DNA of 64,000 nt from Lama glama (taxonomy: Eukaryota). A program made the translations under genes and the position numbers. This document shows, in pieces, positions 24,402 to 37,174 of this stretch (the first letter of the stretch is position 1; every line of letters begins with the position of its first letter). The stretch spans positions 4,466,001 through 4,530,000 of the forward strand of contig CM052816.1 of NCBI GenBank assembly GCA_028534125.1, in the 5' to 3' direction. Under the pieces are notes generated by a model. That model saw nothing but the letters and a program-made list of their open reading frames with translations. It was not told where the DNA came from and searched no databases.

Positions 24402-24999
24402 GTGACATGTGACTCGGGCCTAATCAATCATTGTACTGCATGTCCCTGGCCTTAGTGATTGGCTTAAGCATAGGCATGGGATTCAAGTTGGGGCCAATCA
24501 GACTCCTCCTGGAACCTTCCTCCTGGAGATGCCATTTCCTTCCACCAGGGCTTTCAAGTTGAGTTGAGTCTCAATCGGCAGGAGCCATCTTCCCTACCTC
24601 ACAGAGAAAGTCTACCTGAGGGAGACAAAAAACAGAGTCTTAATGACATTGTCTACCCTCCTCCATCCAGCTGGACACAAAGCCAGCTGCCCCCTGGGTT
24701 TCTCAGTTATGATAGTCAATTCATTCCTTTTATGCTTAAGCTAGTTTGCATTGAGTATTTGTCCCTAACACCCTAAAATGTCCTGAAGACTCCAATTGTT
24801 GAAAGGATAACATGAGATAATACTAGCAATACACTGAGTGGGGTGTCTAGTGCATACCTGGTTCCTGACCTTCCTTGTGCCACAGGTGCAAGCATTGAAT
24901 TTAACACTAATAAAAATGTTACTTACTATTATTATTTGTATTGTGAAGACTTGGCCATTGTGTATTACCTGCCACTCTCTAGGCTAAATGCATTTCAAA

Positions 25000-25335
25000 C
25001 TTTTGCTAACAACATCCCCTCTTTCCTGAAAGCATTTTAGTTTCTCCTGATTCTACACAAATCCTACACCCTTCAAGGCTTAAGTGTTGCTATCTACAGA
25101 AAGACCATCCTAGTTCAGCTGTCTTCATTGATCTCTCTCTGCCAAGCATATCATATAGTGTTATATCAGGTCATTTGCTCATCAAGTTAACTATTTCATG
25201 TGTGTTGGTCCCATGTTCCAAGCCACTTATACCTTCCTTGAGGATAAGGAGCAAACCTTACGCTTTTTCTTAATACACCCCAGTGCAAAATGCAGGGCAT
25301 AGCATTGCTCTTTTCCGCAAATAGTGGGCGGATGA
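25000..25335 (+). mobile_element. L2 3' fragment
   Basis: aaatcctacacccttcaaggct...ttccttgaggataagg...ccccagtgcaaaatgcagggcatagca. Confidence 0.55.
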
Positions 25336-25589
25336 CTAGGAGAGCTTATAAAAAAGTTTGGTTTTGTGAGTATAGATATTCAGGAAGTACTTGCTGGTAC
25401 TAATTTCATAGACTGAATCAATGGATTTTGTGTTCAAACGCACAGAGGGCAAGAAACCTACCCAAGCAACAGGTGACCTGGCAGAATGAGGAACTGCACC
25501 TAGGTCTCCTAATCTTCATTTGAATATTCTTTCATTGATATGCTAGGTGAGTTGATTTACTTTGAGGGTGTACCAACTCCTGAGCTACT

Positions 25590-25835
25590 GATATTTAACA
25601 TTAGCTAAACATTTCCTATGTGTGTGCTGGCAGGATTCTTTCCCTGCATCATTTCATTTAATCCCACGTGGTTAACATGATTGCTCTCCTCTTTTTGCAG
25701 CTGAGAAAACTGAGTCTTAGCGAGGTTGAGGAATCTACCAAGGTCACACAGCTATTAAGTGTGAGACTGGAATATTACCCCAGGACTGTCAGCCTGAAAA
25801 GAGTCTTCTCTAAACTACTGGATCATTATGCGCCC
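25590..25835 (-). mobile_element. MIR SINE
   Basis: tttttgcagctgagaaaactgagtcttagcgaggttgaggaatctaccaaggtcacacagctattaagt. Confidence 0.85.
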
Positions 25836-26419
25836 TCAATAAACAAATGATTTGCATCCTTGTTACCTTTGCAAAGTCAACTGAAGCCTCAGTAGCTTTG
25901 ACATGTGCTTTGATGCTTGAAGGAAGCCAGAGCTTCGACACTGTGCTTCTGCCCTTTCCACACTCCAGATGATGCAAACACCTCTTTAGAGCCATGTCCC
26001 ACATTGTGCTCATTTTTAAGGGAATACTAATTTTATATGCATTCTCCATACCCAGATTTAGATATATCCAGTTGAGCATACTTAAGTTTGTTTCTAAATG
26101 TACCACATCCCAGGAGAGAAATGTGCTGCCTGCAAGGTAATTATGCATTCAGAATAATGTGTATGTCTGCTGGGGGCTTGTAAATCAATAGTTTATCGCG
26201 CAATATATGGTCCAATTTTTTTTGCCATAGACACATTTGAGAAAACTATGACTTGTCAACTGGTTATATATGAATAATGCATTTGAGGTTTGGACAAGAA
26301 AGTAGTATAAATCTGAGTTGACATTCATTGACCAAGAAGACCCCCCACAACTTTTTTCATCTGTCTGCTATACCCAAGATCTAATAAAGAAAGGCTTATT
26401 CTTTGGTTTTCCAGAATAG

Positions 26420-26965
26420 ACATTCATTCTCCATTCGATAAACATTTACTGAATATCTGCACTAAACCCTAGGGATAGAGCGGTCAACAAGCCAAAACAA
26501 GTGCTTTTCTGTCTTAGAGATGACATGTGGGTGGAAAGTGACAAACAAGTATGCAAATGCGCAGGTTATTTCAAATAGTGGTAAACGTATGAAGAAAAGG
26601 CTCCTGGGAGAGACAGAGACAAAAGGTGATTAGGCAGGAGATGGTAAGAGATAGGTATTTGGGAAAGGTTGCCCTGAGGAGAAAATACATGAGCTGAGAC
26701 CACAAGATGAGAAGGAGTCAGCTCTGTAAAGATTAGAGGGAGAGCATTCCAGGGATAGGGCACGCAAAAGAAATACAGTCAGTGCAACTGGAGACCAGAA
26801 AGCAGAGGGAGAGAATGACATAAATGGCCTCACACAGGTAAGCCAAGGTTTTAGCAGGTAGGACCTCGCAGGTCACTGCAAGACACTTGGATTTTACTTT
26901 AAGGGCAGAACAGTCATTGGAGAGGTTTAAGCCAGGGAGTGATGTGATCTGGTTTATAAGCTTTC
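26420..26965 (-). mobile_element. L2 3' region
   Basis: cattcattctccattcgataaacatttactgaatatct...gagcattccagggataggg...ggtttaagccagggagtgatgtgatctggttt. Confidence 0.88.
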
Positions 26966-27414
26966 TGCCACTCTAACTCAATTGCATGCACTTACTACAA
27001 ATTTCAAGTTCTGGAAGAAAAATTAGCTCCAAGCAAGAGCTGCCTGGGTGCAAACTGTATTAAACTCTACAGATTTTTTTTTTTCCTGGAGAGAATGGGA
27101 AAATTCTTTCTCAATAACCACATCCTTACAAAGTGCTTTTGGGAAGACTTCGACAGTGTCTAAATTGCGAATGGACTCCCGGAAAATCTATCATTGAAGT
27201 TATGGCTAAGCAGAAGGTTTTCTGAATGACTTACTAAACTTCACTGAAAAGCAACAGCCAGGAAAGACAGCTGACCTGTCTTTGTAGATGGAGATCTTTA
27301 TTTTGCCCTGAACTATCCTGGTAATGTGTCTGCTAAGGGCTATGAATTGTGCTTCCCAAAGCAGTTGATGATCACAGTGGACCATCCGTCCACGCTCTAG
27401 TACCTGAAGAATGA

Positions 27415-27630
27415 CCAAGGGCTCTGGTCACCAGGAAACCAGCTCCTTATCTTCCTAACTGTATGATATTAGTCAAGTTATTTAATATCAACGAGTTAGT
27501 TTTCTAATATGAAAATGAGGATTAATAATGTATTTCCCTTCTTGAGTTATGATATGAATTAAAGAGGCAATCCAAGTAATGCATTAAGTCTAGGACAAAG
27601 TATAAACACTTGTCAATAGGGGGCCCATAT
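27415..27630 (+). mobile_element. MIR SINE
   Basis: ctaactgtatgatattagtcaagttatttaa...tgaaaatgaggattaataatg. Confidence 0.75.
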
Positions 27631-27743
27631 TTGAAAGGTGGGTACCTAGGCTGAGATGTATAAACTGTGGCCCAAAGTACTGTGTAGAAAGGCAAAGTGA
27701 ACCCTATGGGCTATTGTGCCTTTTATGAGAACAATGCTCAATC

Positions 27744-27894
27744 CAAGGGTTGGTTGGTCATCTATGGCCCATGGACCAAACCTAGCCTGCCACCTGTGTT
27801 TGTACAACCTGTGAGCTAAGATGAGACTACACAATCCGCAAAGCTGAAACTATTTACCACCTGGCCCTTTTCAGGAAAAGTTAGGTGATCCCTG
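27744..27894. mobile_element. MER58A-like hAT element, internally deleted
   Basis: ctatggcccatggaccaaacctagcctgccacctgtgtttgta...ctggcccttttcaggaaaagttaggtgatccctg. Confidence 0.82.
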
Positions 27895-28759
27895 CTCTAA
27901 CTAGCTGAACTGGTTATATTGTAACTAACTAAATTACCCTTGCGTTCATACTTCTCCCAACTTACATTCAGGTTTCTTTTGATCAGACTTCAGATTCCTG
28001 GCTGGTGTTTTATATTCCCCCTGGATATCTGGCCTGTAGTTAGTGTGCATTTATACCGGGTGAACTGTAATAGGGGGGTTAGGACCTTGTGGCCGTCCCA
28101 CCTGCCATCTTCATGTAAACTGAACAAACAGAATGATGTGCATTTTTCTATTCAGTTTTTAGTGGGAAAATTCTTTATGAAAGTGCTAACCAGAATCATC
28201 AACTAATAGCACATCCCTATACTTAAATAATTAATATAAAGCATGAGTTAAAGAAACACACCAAAAAGTACTTGTAGACAACCTCTCACTCGGCATCAGT
28301 TTTCCATCAGTAATTAATATCATCTCATTTGTATCTTCACACTTGAGAAGACTTCCATCTTAGACACATGGAAACCTTGTATTTAAAGAAACATAAAAAC
28401 CCCATAGGATTCTCTGGTCCATTCTCTATCAAAAGTCTTGGCAGGCATTTTCCTTTTAGCCTTTGATCTCCCTGTCAAAAGATGTCTGTCAGTGAGCAAA
28501 TTATCAGGCAAATGCCCTTCCAAGTTCCTTGCTCTTGATCTGTCTTCCCTTCTCAGATAGCCACGATAGATCTCTACTTTCAAGTGTTATAAATACGCTG
28601 TGCTCCTGATGTATTCGAAGTCTAATGAGTCCTTCCCTAATCAGAAAAAAATCAGTCTCTAATGACCTTCCATCTCCAACTTTTTCCTTGTTGATAAGCC
28701 CTTGTTTTTTCCTCACCCTTTGACATACAAAAAAGTACCCCTCCCACTACATGTCAAAA

Positions 28760-28970
28760 ATTATACTGCAGGCTTCATACATCTCATCTCTTTTAACTCT
28801 CATTCAACCCTCTGACAGTGTGTTTTGTCCCAATTTTACAAGTGTGTAAACTGACACTTGGAGAAATTAATTTGCCTTGGGTCACACAGCTTGTCAGTGA
28901 CGTACCTGGGATTTGAACCCAGAGCTTCTAAATCCCAAAACTGCTCTTAAGAACTACAATCCACTGCAGA
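28760..28970 (-). mobile_element. MIR SINE
   Basis: cccaattttacaagtgtgtaaactgacacttggaga...ggtcacacagcttgtcagtga...ctgggatttgaacccag. Confidence 0.82.
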
Positions 28971-29474
28971 GTCAGCTTGTTGCTAAAGTTAACTTGTATT
29001 TATCATTCAAGACTTCCTTCCCAGAATTAACCAAAGTTAAATAATTTTAATCACATACAGTAAAGAGACTCGGTGTGTCTTACAAGAACAAAAAGGATTT
29101 ACTGAAAAACAAAATGGTTTTCCCATGAGGCTTGCTTTGCATAGTGCATCACAAACTCTGTGAACCAACAACATGGGCTTTATCTAGGGTAAGACTGATA
29201 GATTTGGGACACTGCTAGGTTGTTTCTTACTCTTTAGCATTTGGCAGCTGGCCAAAACATCCCACATCAGTACTACAGGAACACAGTGCAATGAGAAGAC
29301 AGGGATCATCTTCCATCTTCATTCCTCAGAGTTTGTTCAGATTGATTACAGGAGTCTATGCTCGCTAGTCCCTCCCCTTTACCCAGCCTGCTTATAATTA
29401 GTAAGAAATAGATGATAAATAACACCAATATTATTCCAAAACTCATTCCACTGTGCTTATAATGTCTTTAGGAC

Positions 29475-30110
29475 ATTTTTATTTTTATACTAATTTGATT
29501 GAGGTATAATTTGCATACAATGAAATGCAACCATTTTAAGCCTACATGTTAGTGCATTTTGACACATGTGTACCTTATTAAATACCACCTCAGTCAATAT
29601 AAGGAACTTTTCTGTTATCCCACAGAGCTCCCTCACAGTCCTCTGCAGTCAATTCCCCAGTGAACCCCACCCCAGGTCACCACTAGTATTCGTTTTAACT
29701 GTTCTAGAATTTCAAATCAATGGACTCATACAGTATGAGCTGTCTGACTTTAGATTTCTTTCAGTTAGCACAGCACCTGTGAGATTCACTTGTGTTGTTA
29801 TGTGCATTGGTAATTTTTTCCTTTTCTTACTAACTTGTGTTCTACTTTATGGATATGCCCCATTTGTTTATCCATTCATCCGCCATGTACTTTGGTTGTT
29901 TCCAATTCGGGGCTGTTATGAACAAAGCTGTAAATCAGCGTACAAGTCTTTGGGTGAACATATATTTTATTTCATTGTGTAAATACCTAGGAGTAGAATG
30001 GCTGGGTTATATGCTATGTCAATTTTTTAAGAAACTGCCCAATGTTTCTCTATCATTTTACACTCCCACCAGAAATGTGTTAAACTTCCAATGTCTCAAT
30101 CTTATGTATC
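29475..30110 (-). mobile_element. Old L1 (L1MB/MC-like) 3' end
   Basis: ttgattgaggtataatttgcatacaatgaaatgca...ggttgtttccaattcggggctgttatgaacaaagctg...aaatacctaggagtagaatggctggg. Confidence 0.88.
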
Positions 30111-30894
30111 AGGTATTTAGTTAGATTTTAACTTCATGTTACCTAGGTCTTTCTCAGTAGAAAAGTCACTCTTGAACCAGGAGAGAAACTGTCCCCAGTG
30201 GGCCAATTTCTGTGATGCTGTAAGGATAATATCATCTCAACTGTTAAAAACTTAAGTTTACTGGTTAATTTCCAAGAAAGAATGCTCATAGGTTTTCAAA
30301 GAATATGACTTAAAAATCCAGTCTGTGAAAACAAAATTGACTTAGGTTTTCCCTGTTGCTTAGAGACAGGACCTCAAGGAGTAACTACAGTTTGCATTGG
30401 CCATGGAACTATAGCAACTCGGGATGACCAGTGACTTTACAATGCAATCCACCTCCAAGCACCACCCGATGCCTGCAGTCTGCCTTACTTGGGCACTTGG
30501 GGTGGGTTTATAGGGCATTGTTAGTAAGTGGTAATTTCTGCATGAACGGGGGACCAGATTGCCAACATTAACCCTATACCTAACCCTAACCCTAGGCTGA
30601 GGCTCCAGAAGCGCAACCCATGCCTGTAATAGCACTCCATGTCCTGTTCTCACCAAGGAGTGAGGGAGAGGGAGTGGGGTACACCATGGGGTGAAATGAG
30701 CTGCTATTGTCCCCATTCAACTCAAGGAGAGGAAGCCAGGAGCTAACAGAGATCAGAATATCTCTCTTAATAGTGAGAAAGAGAAAAGGCTTTGATCTCA
30801 TTGCTGAGTCATTAATTAACCAAATTGAACTAAACACTTTCAAATTCTGGCAGCTCAAGAATCACAAGGTTGTCGCACAAGGGGGAGAACCCAA

Positions 30895-31662
30895 GTGGAA
30901 CCCTCCTACACCGCTGGTGGGAATGTAGTTTGGTGCAGCCATTATGGAAAGCAGTACAGAGATTCCTCAAAACACTGAAAATGGACTTACCCTATGATCC
31001 AGCAATCCCACTCTCAGGCATATATCCAGAGAGAACTCTAATTTGAAAAGATATATGCATCCCAATGTTCACAGCAGCACTATATACAATGGCCAAGACA
31101 TGGAGCAAATTAAATGTCCATCTACAGATGACTGGATAATAAAGCTGATATTTATACAATGGAATACTACCCAGCCATAAAAAAATAAAATAATGCCATT
31201 TGCAGCAACATGGATGGACCTAGAGATCATCACTCTAAGTGAAGTAAGCCAGAAAGAGAAAGAAACATACCACATGATATCATTTATATTAGAATCTAAA
31301 AAACAAAACAAAAAAAGACACAAATGAACTTATTTACAAAACAGAAACAGACACACAGGCATGGAAAACAAACTTATGGTTACCAGGGTTGAGGGAAGAA
31401 GATGGCAAGAAGGGATAAAATGGGAGTTTTGAGATTTGCAGATACTAACTACTATATATAAAACAGATAAACAAGTTTATACAACAAGTTAAGTTCATAT
31501 TATATAGCACAGGGAACTATATTTAATATCTTGCAGTAACTGATAATGAAAAAGAATATGAAAATGAATATACGCATGTATATGTATGACTGAAACATTA
31601 TGCTGTACACCAGAAATTGAGACAACATTTTAAATCAACTCTATGTCAATTTTAAAAAAAAA
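30895..31662 (+). mobile_element. Lineage-specific L1: ORF2 C-terminal remnant, 3' UTR and poly(A)
   Basis: ggaaccctcctacaccgctggtgggaatgta...gcagcaacatggatggacctagagat...tatagcacagggaactata...tcaattttaaaaaaaaa. Confidence 0.92.
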
Positions 31663-31871
31663 TACAGTGCCTATGTTTGGCCCTGGCAAGGAGCAGCCTG
31701 GCCTCACAGCACCTAATGGCCAATTCCTGAACCTGAGGGAAGAAATGCTGTTTATTATAGCTGAGCAGAAGCACCTGTGAGAAATGGCTCCCCGTTTCTA
31801 AGGCGGCATATTTTACACTTACCCAGAGCTTCCCAACACTCAAAGCATTTCTTATATATGACCTCTTTTAA

Positions 31872-31941
31872 AATATAATATAATATAATATAATATAATA
31901 TAATATAATATAATATAATATAATATAATATAATATAATAT
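31872..31941. repeat. (AATAT)n pentanucleotide microsatellite, about 14 copies
   Basis: Perfect tandem aatat run. Confidence 0.97.
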
Positions 31942-32214
31942 GTTTTAATCCCCACAACATCTTGCAGGCCAGATTGGGGGCAAGTTAATCATTATTGCTA
32001 TTTGACAGAAAAGACAATAAGCTTTCAAGGAATCCAGCATGTGTCCTAATTCCCACAACCAGACTGGCAGACCAGTTCTACAGCCCTTGTTTTCTGGTTC
32101 CAGTTCTTGTTTTTCAGTTTTAACTCTTCTGGCTCTCTATGGTAGGTAAACTGGGTGATAAAAATATAACTTTAGAAACCTTCACCAAAACTCCCTAGAA
32201 TAAACCCTTGTAAT

Positions 32215-32420
32215 TTAATAATAATGATAAAAATAACAACAACATTTATAGAAGACTGTTTGCCAGACACGGTACTCAGTATTTTATATAAATACCCTCA
32301 TCAGTCTTCTTCATACAAGCCTATGAAGTAGGAACTACTTCCTTTTACATGGAGGAAGCTGAATTAAAGTGGTGGTAAACGGATAGGAGCCCCAGGTCTT
32401 AGTCAATAAAATATACTGCC
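32215..32420 (-). mobile_element. MIR SINE
   Basis: aataacaacaacatttatagaagact...gccagacacggtact...ttttacatggaggaagctga. Confidence 0.7.
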
Positions 32421-33057
32421 TCCTGCTATAAATTCAATGTCTTGATTAAGGTGGAACCCCTCTAACTCTATGAGATTTGAAATCGTAACAGAGAGGCTAG
32501 AATTCAAGCCCTCATTGTGAGCATACAGATCAAATTTCTACATAACGCACTAATAAGAACCCATTGTCACAGTGACAGACGCATCAGCTATTCCAGCTCA
32601 AGCACACGGATGCGACATTCTCACATGATCCACAAGAGAGCTTGCCTTCGTTCAGTGCCATCATTCCAGATTTCATGCGACTTTTAAAAAAAAATCCTTT
32701 TGTTTCGTCTTTTAATTTAAACAGAAAGCCTGAGCAGCAGAGAGGATATTCTTGAGACAAGACACAAAGTCACTTAATGTTAAGAGTTACAGGATAAAAC
32801 AAAGTTTCACAATATTTGGGCCATTTTCCTAACATAAGAACCTTTCATTTTTCTATCTTTTTACCACCAAGGACTAAATGCTACCCTGATTTCCAGTCAG
32901 TCCTACACTATAGAATGCCAAATAGCCTGTAAGAAACAAGAGCTCTGTTTCAATATAATTTTCTTCAAGGGAAAACCTTTTCACCCGCTGAATCAAAAAG
33001 CCAATGGTAAAAAATTTATCACCCATCTTATGGGTGCCAGATGAAGGTAGTGTGAAG

Positions 33058-33153
33058 TCATGGGACATACTTATAGTAAAATAATTATTATTTATCTAAA
33101 ATTCAAATTTAATTTGGCATCCCGTGCCTCCATTTCCTAAATGTGGCAACCCT
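33058..33153. mobile_element. MER53 half element
   Basis: tgggacatacttatagtaaaataattattatttatctaaaattcaaatttaatttggcatcc...taaatgtggcaaccct. Confidence 0.8.
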
Positions 33154-33159
33154 ATTTGG

Positions 33160-33410
33160 AGCTAGAATGAATGTTTCAACTTCCAGCTCTACCATCTACT
33201 AGCTGTTCCTTCAGGTCCAGTTATTATGACCCTGTATATGAACATGTCCAGTTATTTAACATGTCCATTTCCTCATCTAAAACATGGAGTTAAATGTCAG
33301 TACCTTTCTTGTAAGATCGTGCCATGAATTAAATTCTTAAATACCTAGTATGTGCCTGGAACATACTAAGTACTCTGTCTACGTTTATTATTATTATTAC
33401 TACCACTCCT
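33160..33410 (+). mobile_element. MIR SINE
   Basis: ccagctctaccatctactagctg...tttcctcatctaaaacatggag...tgcctggaacatactaagtactc. Confidence 0.8.
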
Positions 33411-33629
33411 ATTACCAGTCATCTTCAGAGCCATGAAATATAAATGATCACTGCCACGTCACTCCTAAGAATAATAAGAGTACCAAACATTTTCCCAGAA
33501 ACCCGAATGATGTGATGAGTCAATGACCCTTGACTAATTAAATAAATAGCAATGAACTCAATGCAATTCAACAAACATTTATTAATCTCCTAATATATGC
33601 AAGAACAGAGCTAAGCACTGGAAGTACAA

Positions 33630-33820
33630 AAATCATAAGCTGTCAGAGCTAAAAGGAAACTTACAAGATGATCTCATTTAATGCCTCTCACTTTACACAC
33701 GAGGAAACAAGTCACCCTGGGCAGTGTAAGTGATTTCCCCAGCATCATAAGGCAAAAGTCTTGGCAGAACCAGGACTGAACATCATTCTCCTGACTTTGA
33801 ATCCAGAGTACCTTTGACTC
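33630..33820 (-). mobile_element. MIR/MIR3 SINE
   Basis: tcagagctaaaaggaaacttacaagatgatct...cactttacacacgaggaaacaagtc...gcagaaccaggactgaac. Confidence 0.7.
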
Positions 33821-34659
33821 ATCTTCCCGGCCTGCTTGTGCAAAGGGAGAACCCTTGTCCTTTGCAGCACACACTCTGGTAGGGAAATAGCAACCTGAAG
33901 CAAACGCTGTTTTTCTTTTTTCCGCTGTGGATCCACTAGAGTGAATTGCACCTAATAATTTGATCCTCACAAAAATCCAAGAAACTAACAGAAAAAAAAA
34001 AAAGAAAAAAGCAGGAATTGTTATCTTCATGATTCTTAGCAAAACTAGAAGTCAATTGGCTGACATAAGATTTTGGGTTAAGAGTCTGAAGGAGATGCCA
34101 GACCTCCTGGCTTCTTTCACCAGAGCTGGCTGCTCCCACCATGAGAGGGAACTGAAACATACCGGGAAGCCAAGTGAGCCAGCAGGTGTTTCTTAATGAA
34201 GACATCTTGACACAAAATTGCATAGGAAATCGGATTGAGTCTGGGGGTCAGGCAAAGGAAAGTAACACACAAGGTTAGCCACAAATCAGAAAAGCCCCTT
34301 CACAAAAGCCAAAGACCTGCCTGGCAGATGACCTGGAAGAAAACCCAGATGGAAACCAAAGACCAGGACAACAGGGTAACCAGGGTTTGCAGACTCATAA
34401 ATTTCAGAGATGTGGGGCAAGGATGTGTCTGAAGATACAGAGTGAATCAATGGTCCAACCAGACCTGAATTCAGGTCTTTTGAAATCCAGTTCACATTCC
34501 ACAGAACCACACTGGATCTTGTTCATTCTTCGACAAAATGGGAGTCAGGTATTGAACCCACTGATTTCTGAGGTCCTTTCTGGTAGTAGCATCCTCATCA
34601 TCCCTTCTTTTCTGTTCTGTTCCATCCTGGCCTAGTCTTTTTCTATATCTCTTCTGATT

Positions 34660-35235
34660 AATTTATTTTGCATATTTGAAACCCGTATTTACCATTTTAA
34701 CCACTTTTAAGTGTACAATTCAGTGGCATGGAGTATGTTCACAATGTCACAGAACTATCACCCATATCCACTTCCAGAAGCTTTCCACTGTCCCAAGCAG
34801 AAATTCTATACCCAGTAAACAATAACATTCTCTCCTCACCCCAGCCCCAACCAACATTCTACTTTCTGATTCCATGAATTTGCCTTTTCTAGGTACCTCA
34901 TATATGTGGTATTATATGATATTAGTCTTTTTGTTTCTGGTTTATTTCACTTAACATAATGTTTCCAAGATTCTTTCATGTTGTATGTAGCATGTGTCAA
35001 AATTTCATTCCTTTTTAGAAAACTGAATAATGTTCCATTGCATGTGTATATCACGCTTTGTTCATTTATCCATTGATGGAACCAGGTTGCTTTCCACCTT
35101 TTGTCTCTTGTGAATAATGCTGGTAGGAACAGGGTGTGTAAATATCTTTTTGAGACCCTGCTTTCAATTCTTTGACATATATACCAAGAAGTGGAGTTGC
35201 TGGATCATATGGTAATTCTATATTTAACTTTAAAC
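34660..35235 (-). mobile_element. L1MB-like 3' end
   Basis: accattttaaccacttttaagtgtacaattcagtggcat...gaagtggagttgctggatcatatggtaattctatatttaactt. Confidence 0.9.
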
Positions 35236-36641
35236 CTTCTGCATATGTTAAACCAGATTTCAGCAATGAGCTGGTACTTGTAGAAGCCCAAGAACCAGGC
35301 TTAATTATTCCTGGAATCATAAAACAATTCTGGAGCACAGCTACATGCCAAGATTGCATCAGGTACTAGGAATCCAGTATCCCATTTCGGTATGCAAGGC
35401 TTGCCCGTAACTTCAGGATTGTTGCTGGGATGCTACTGCCATATGATAAACTTCTGTTGCCAATACAAATGGTAGGCCACAAGACCACAGGAAAGAAATG
35501 GAACTACATTTTTCTTAAATTGAGCTTAATATCTATTCTAATCTTTCCTTCTTTGTGGTAGAAGCTGAACTCGCTCAATTTAGGATGTCCCCAATCCTCC
35601 TTTTCCACAGGGTTACATGGGGCCATGATGTAAGTGGGGAGGAATTTGTAGGAGCCATTGTCACCCATCCATGCTGGCATCCTCAGAGACACCTTCATTC
35701 CAATCCAGTAGTGTTGAGATCCCTGCCGTATTCTCCTTCCCACAATCTCAGGGTCTCTGCAGAGCTGGCTCTGCTAACTGTGGCCTCACCTTGTTCTCAG
35801 CCACATCTGTGCCACCCTGAGGTCTGGGGAGTTTGGTGATTCAATCTGGAGACTCCAGCAGTCATTTCTGCTCCCTTGTTCCTGCACCACTCCAGGTGCA
35901 AAGGAATGCTAAGATCTTACTTTCTCCCTGGGGTTTTAGCCAGCAATGGGGGGAAGTAGAAATCTGTTTTCAGATTCCTTAGATTCCTCTAGGGATGTTC
36001 TCTCTACCCTCAGCCCAAAACTCAAAGGAGAGGAACACAATCTGAGGCCACCCCAAATCAAGTCTTATTTCCCAGTCTCTTTCTTTCCGTCCCTCTCCTC
36101 AGGTGACCTTTTTAATCTAGTCTTAGATACAAGGAAACTGGACAGGAACGACTGCATTTTTCTAAGTCTTTTTATTTTATACTTGAACATTGGCTTTGGG
36201 AACTCCAAAGCCAGAAATTGTATTCTTTTATTTTCTGGTTCTGCTGTCCTACCCGCTTCTTTGAAGGCAGGGGTTGTAGAATATGCTGGTTGCTGTATAA
36301 ATGGAAGAAGGGCTATAAGAGAAAATAGGGGGAAAGCAGACTAATACATCCTAATAATATCCCACTGCTTTTCCCTTATGCCAGCTGCCTAGGGGTGACC
36401 TCTGAATGCATCGTGTCCAAGTTCTCCTAGACTGGTGTAGTCCCCCACATTAACTGGCAGGCGCTCTTTCAGTACCCAGGTGACTAACTACATTCTTCAA
36501 AAACGGAATCCACTCTGCATGGCTTCTTCTGTCATTTATTGTGCATTCTTTCACTCTCCACTCCTTTGATGCATATACATTGAGCCTCAGGGGTAATGCT
36601 ACTCACAAGGACGCTTTCACAAAGGAACTCTCTGTTTAGGA

Positions 36642-36841
36642 CAGGGCTACGTGGTCTCTGCGCTGTTGACTACTGGGGGCCAGATAACTGTGGTGGAGAG
36701 CTCTCCTGTGCGTTGCAGGATATTTAGCCCCATCTCAGACTCTACTCACTACACGGCAGTAGCAACCCTCAGTGTGACAACCAAAAGCATCTGGAGACAT
36801 TGTCAAATGCGAGCAAACTCGCCCTGAGCTGAGAATCACTG
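36642..36841. mobile_element. MER20 hAT element
   Basis: cctgtgcgttgcaggatatttagc...gtgacaaccaaaagcatctggagacattgtcaaatg...gctgagaatcactg. Confidence 0.85.
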
Positions 36842-37069
36842 CTGTAGCAGGAGAAACAGGCATGTAAATAGATGATTATGATACAGTGAGGTCAGTGCCT
36901 GGGTAGAGACACACAAAGACTATTATGGAATCCTAAAGAAGGCATCTGACCCACCCTGGGTTGGGCTGGGGTGAGGCGGGATAATGATGCCTCAGCACAT
37001 AATGCTCACATAATGTTCTGAACCAGAGCCCACATTGCTGTTCCAGCGTTTCTGCTCTGTCATTCACCA

Positions 37070-37160
37070 CTTAATTACTCATTCAATAAATATTTCTGAG
37101 AACTGACTCTAGGAGCCGGACACTAGACATACAAAAATTAATAAGATATAGCCCATGCTG
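37070..37160 (-). mobile_element. L2 3' tail
   Basis: actcattcaataaatatttctgagaactgactctaggagccggacact. Confidence 0.65.
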
Positions 37161-37174
37161 GCATAGAGGGCTGG

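Larger units (their letters stand above)
23155..24794 (+). mobile_element. LTR16-like ERVL LTR split by MER21
   Basis: 5' piece tagcatctgtcatttttgcctgcctagaacc; 3' piece 24402-24794 ccctggccttagtgattggcttaagcataggcatg...gggccaatcaga...ttatgcttaagctagtttg. Confidence 0.7.
22980..24935 (+). mobile_element. MIR SINE split by nested LTR insertions
   Basis: 5' half 22980-23150 (ttatgagcacaggttctggagacagac...ctgcaaaatgggg); 3' half 24795-24935 (ttgttgaaaggataacatgagataata...aataaaaatgttacttactatt). Confidence 0.75.

Noticed and set aside
29566..30124. Hydrophobic ORFs of 138 and 95 aa
   Set aside because: Antisense translations of an L1 3' end
31755..31955. ORF with repeated YYIIL
   Set aside because: Translation of the (AATAT)n microsatellite
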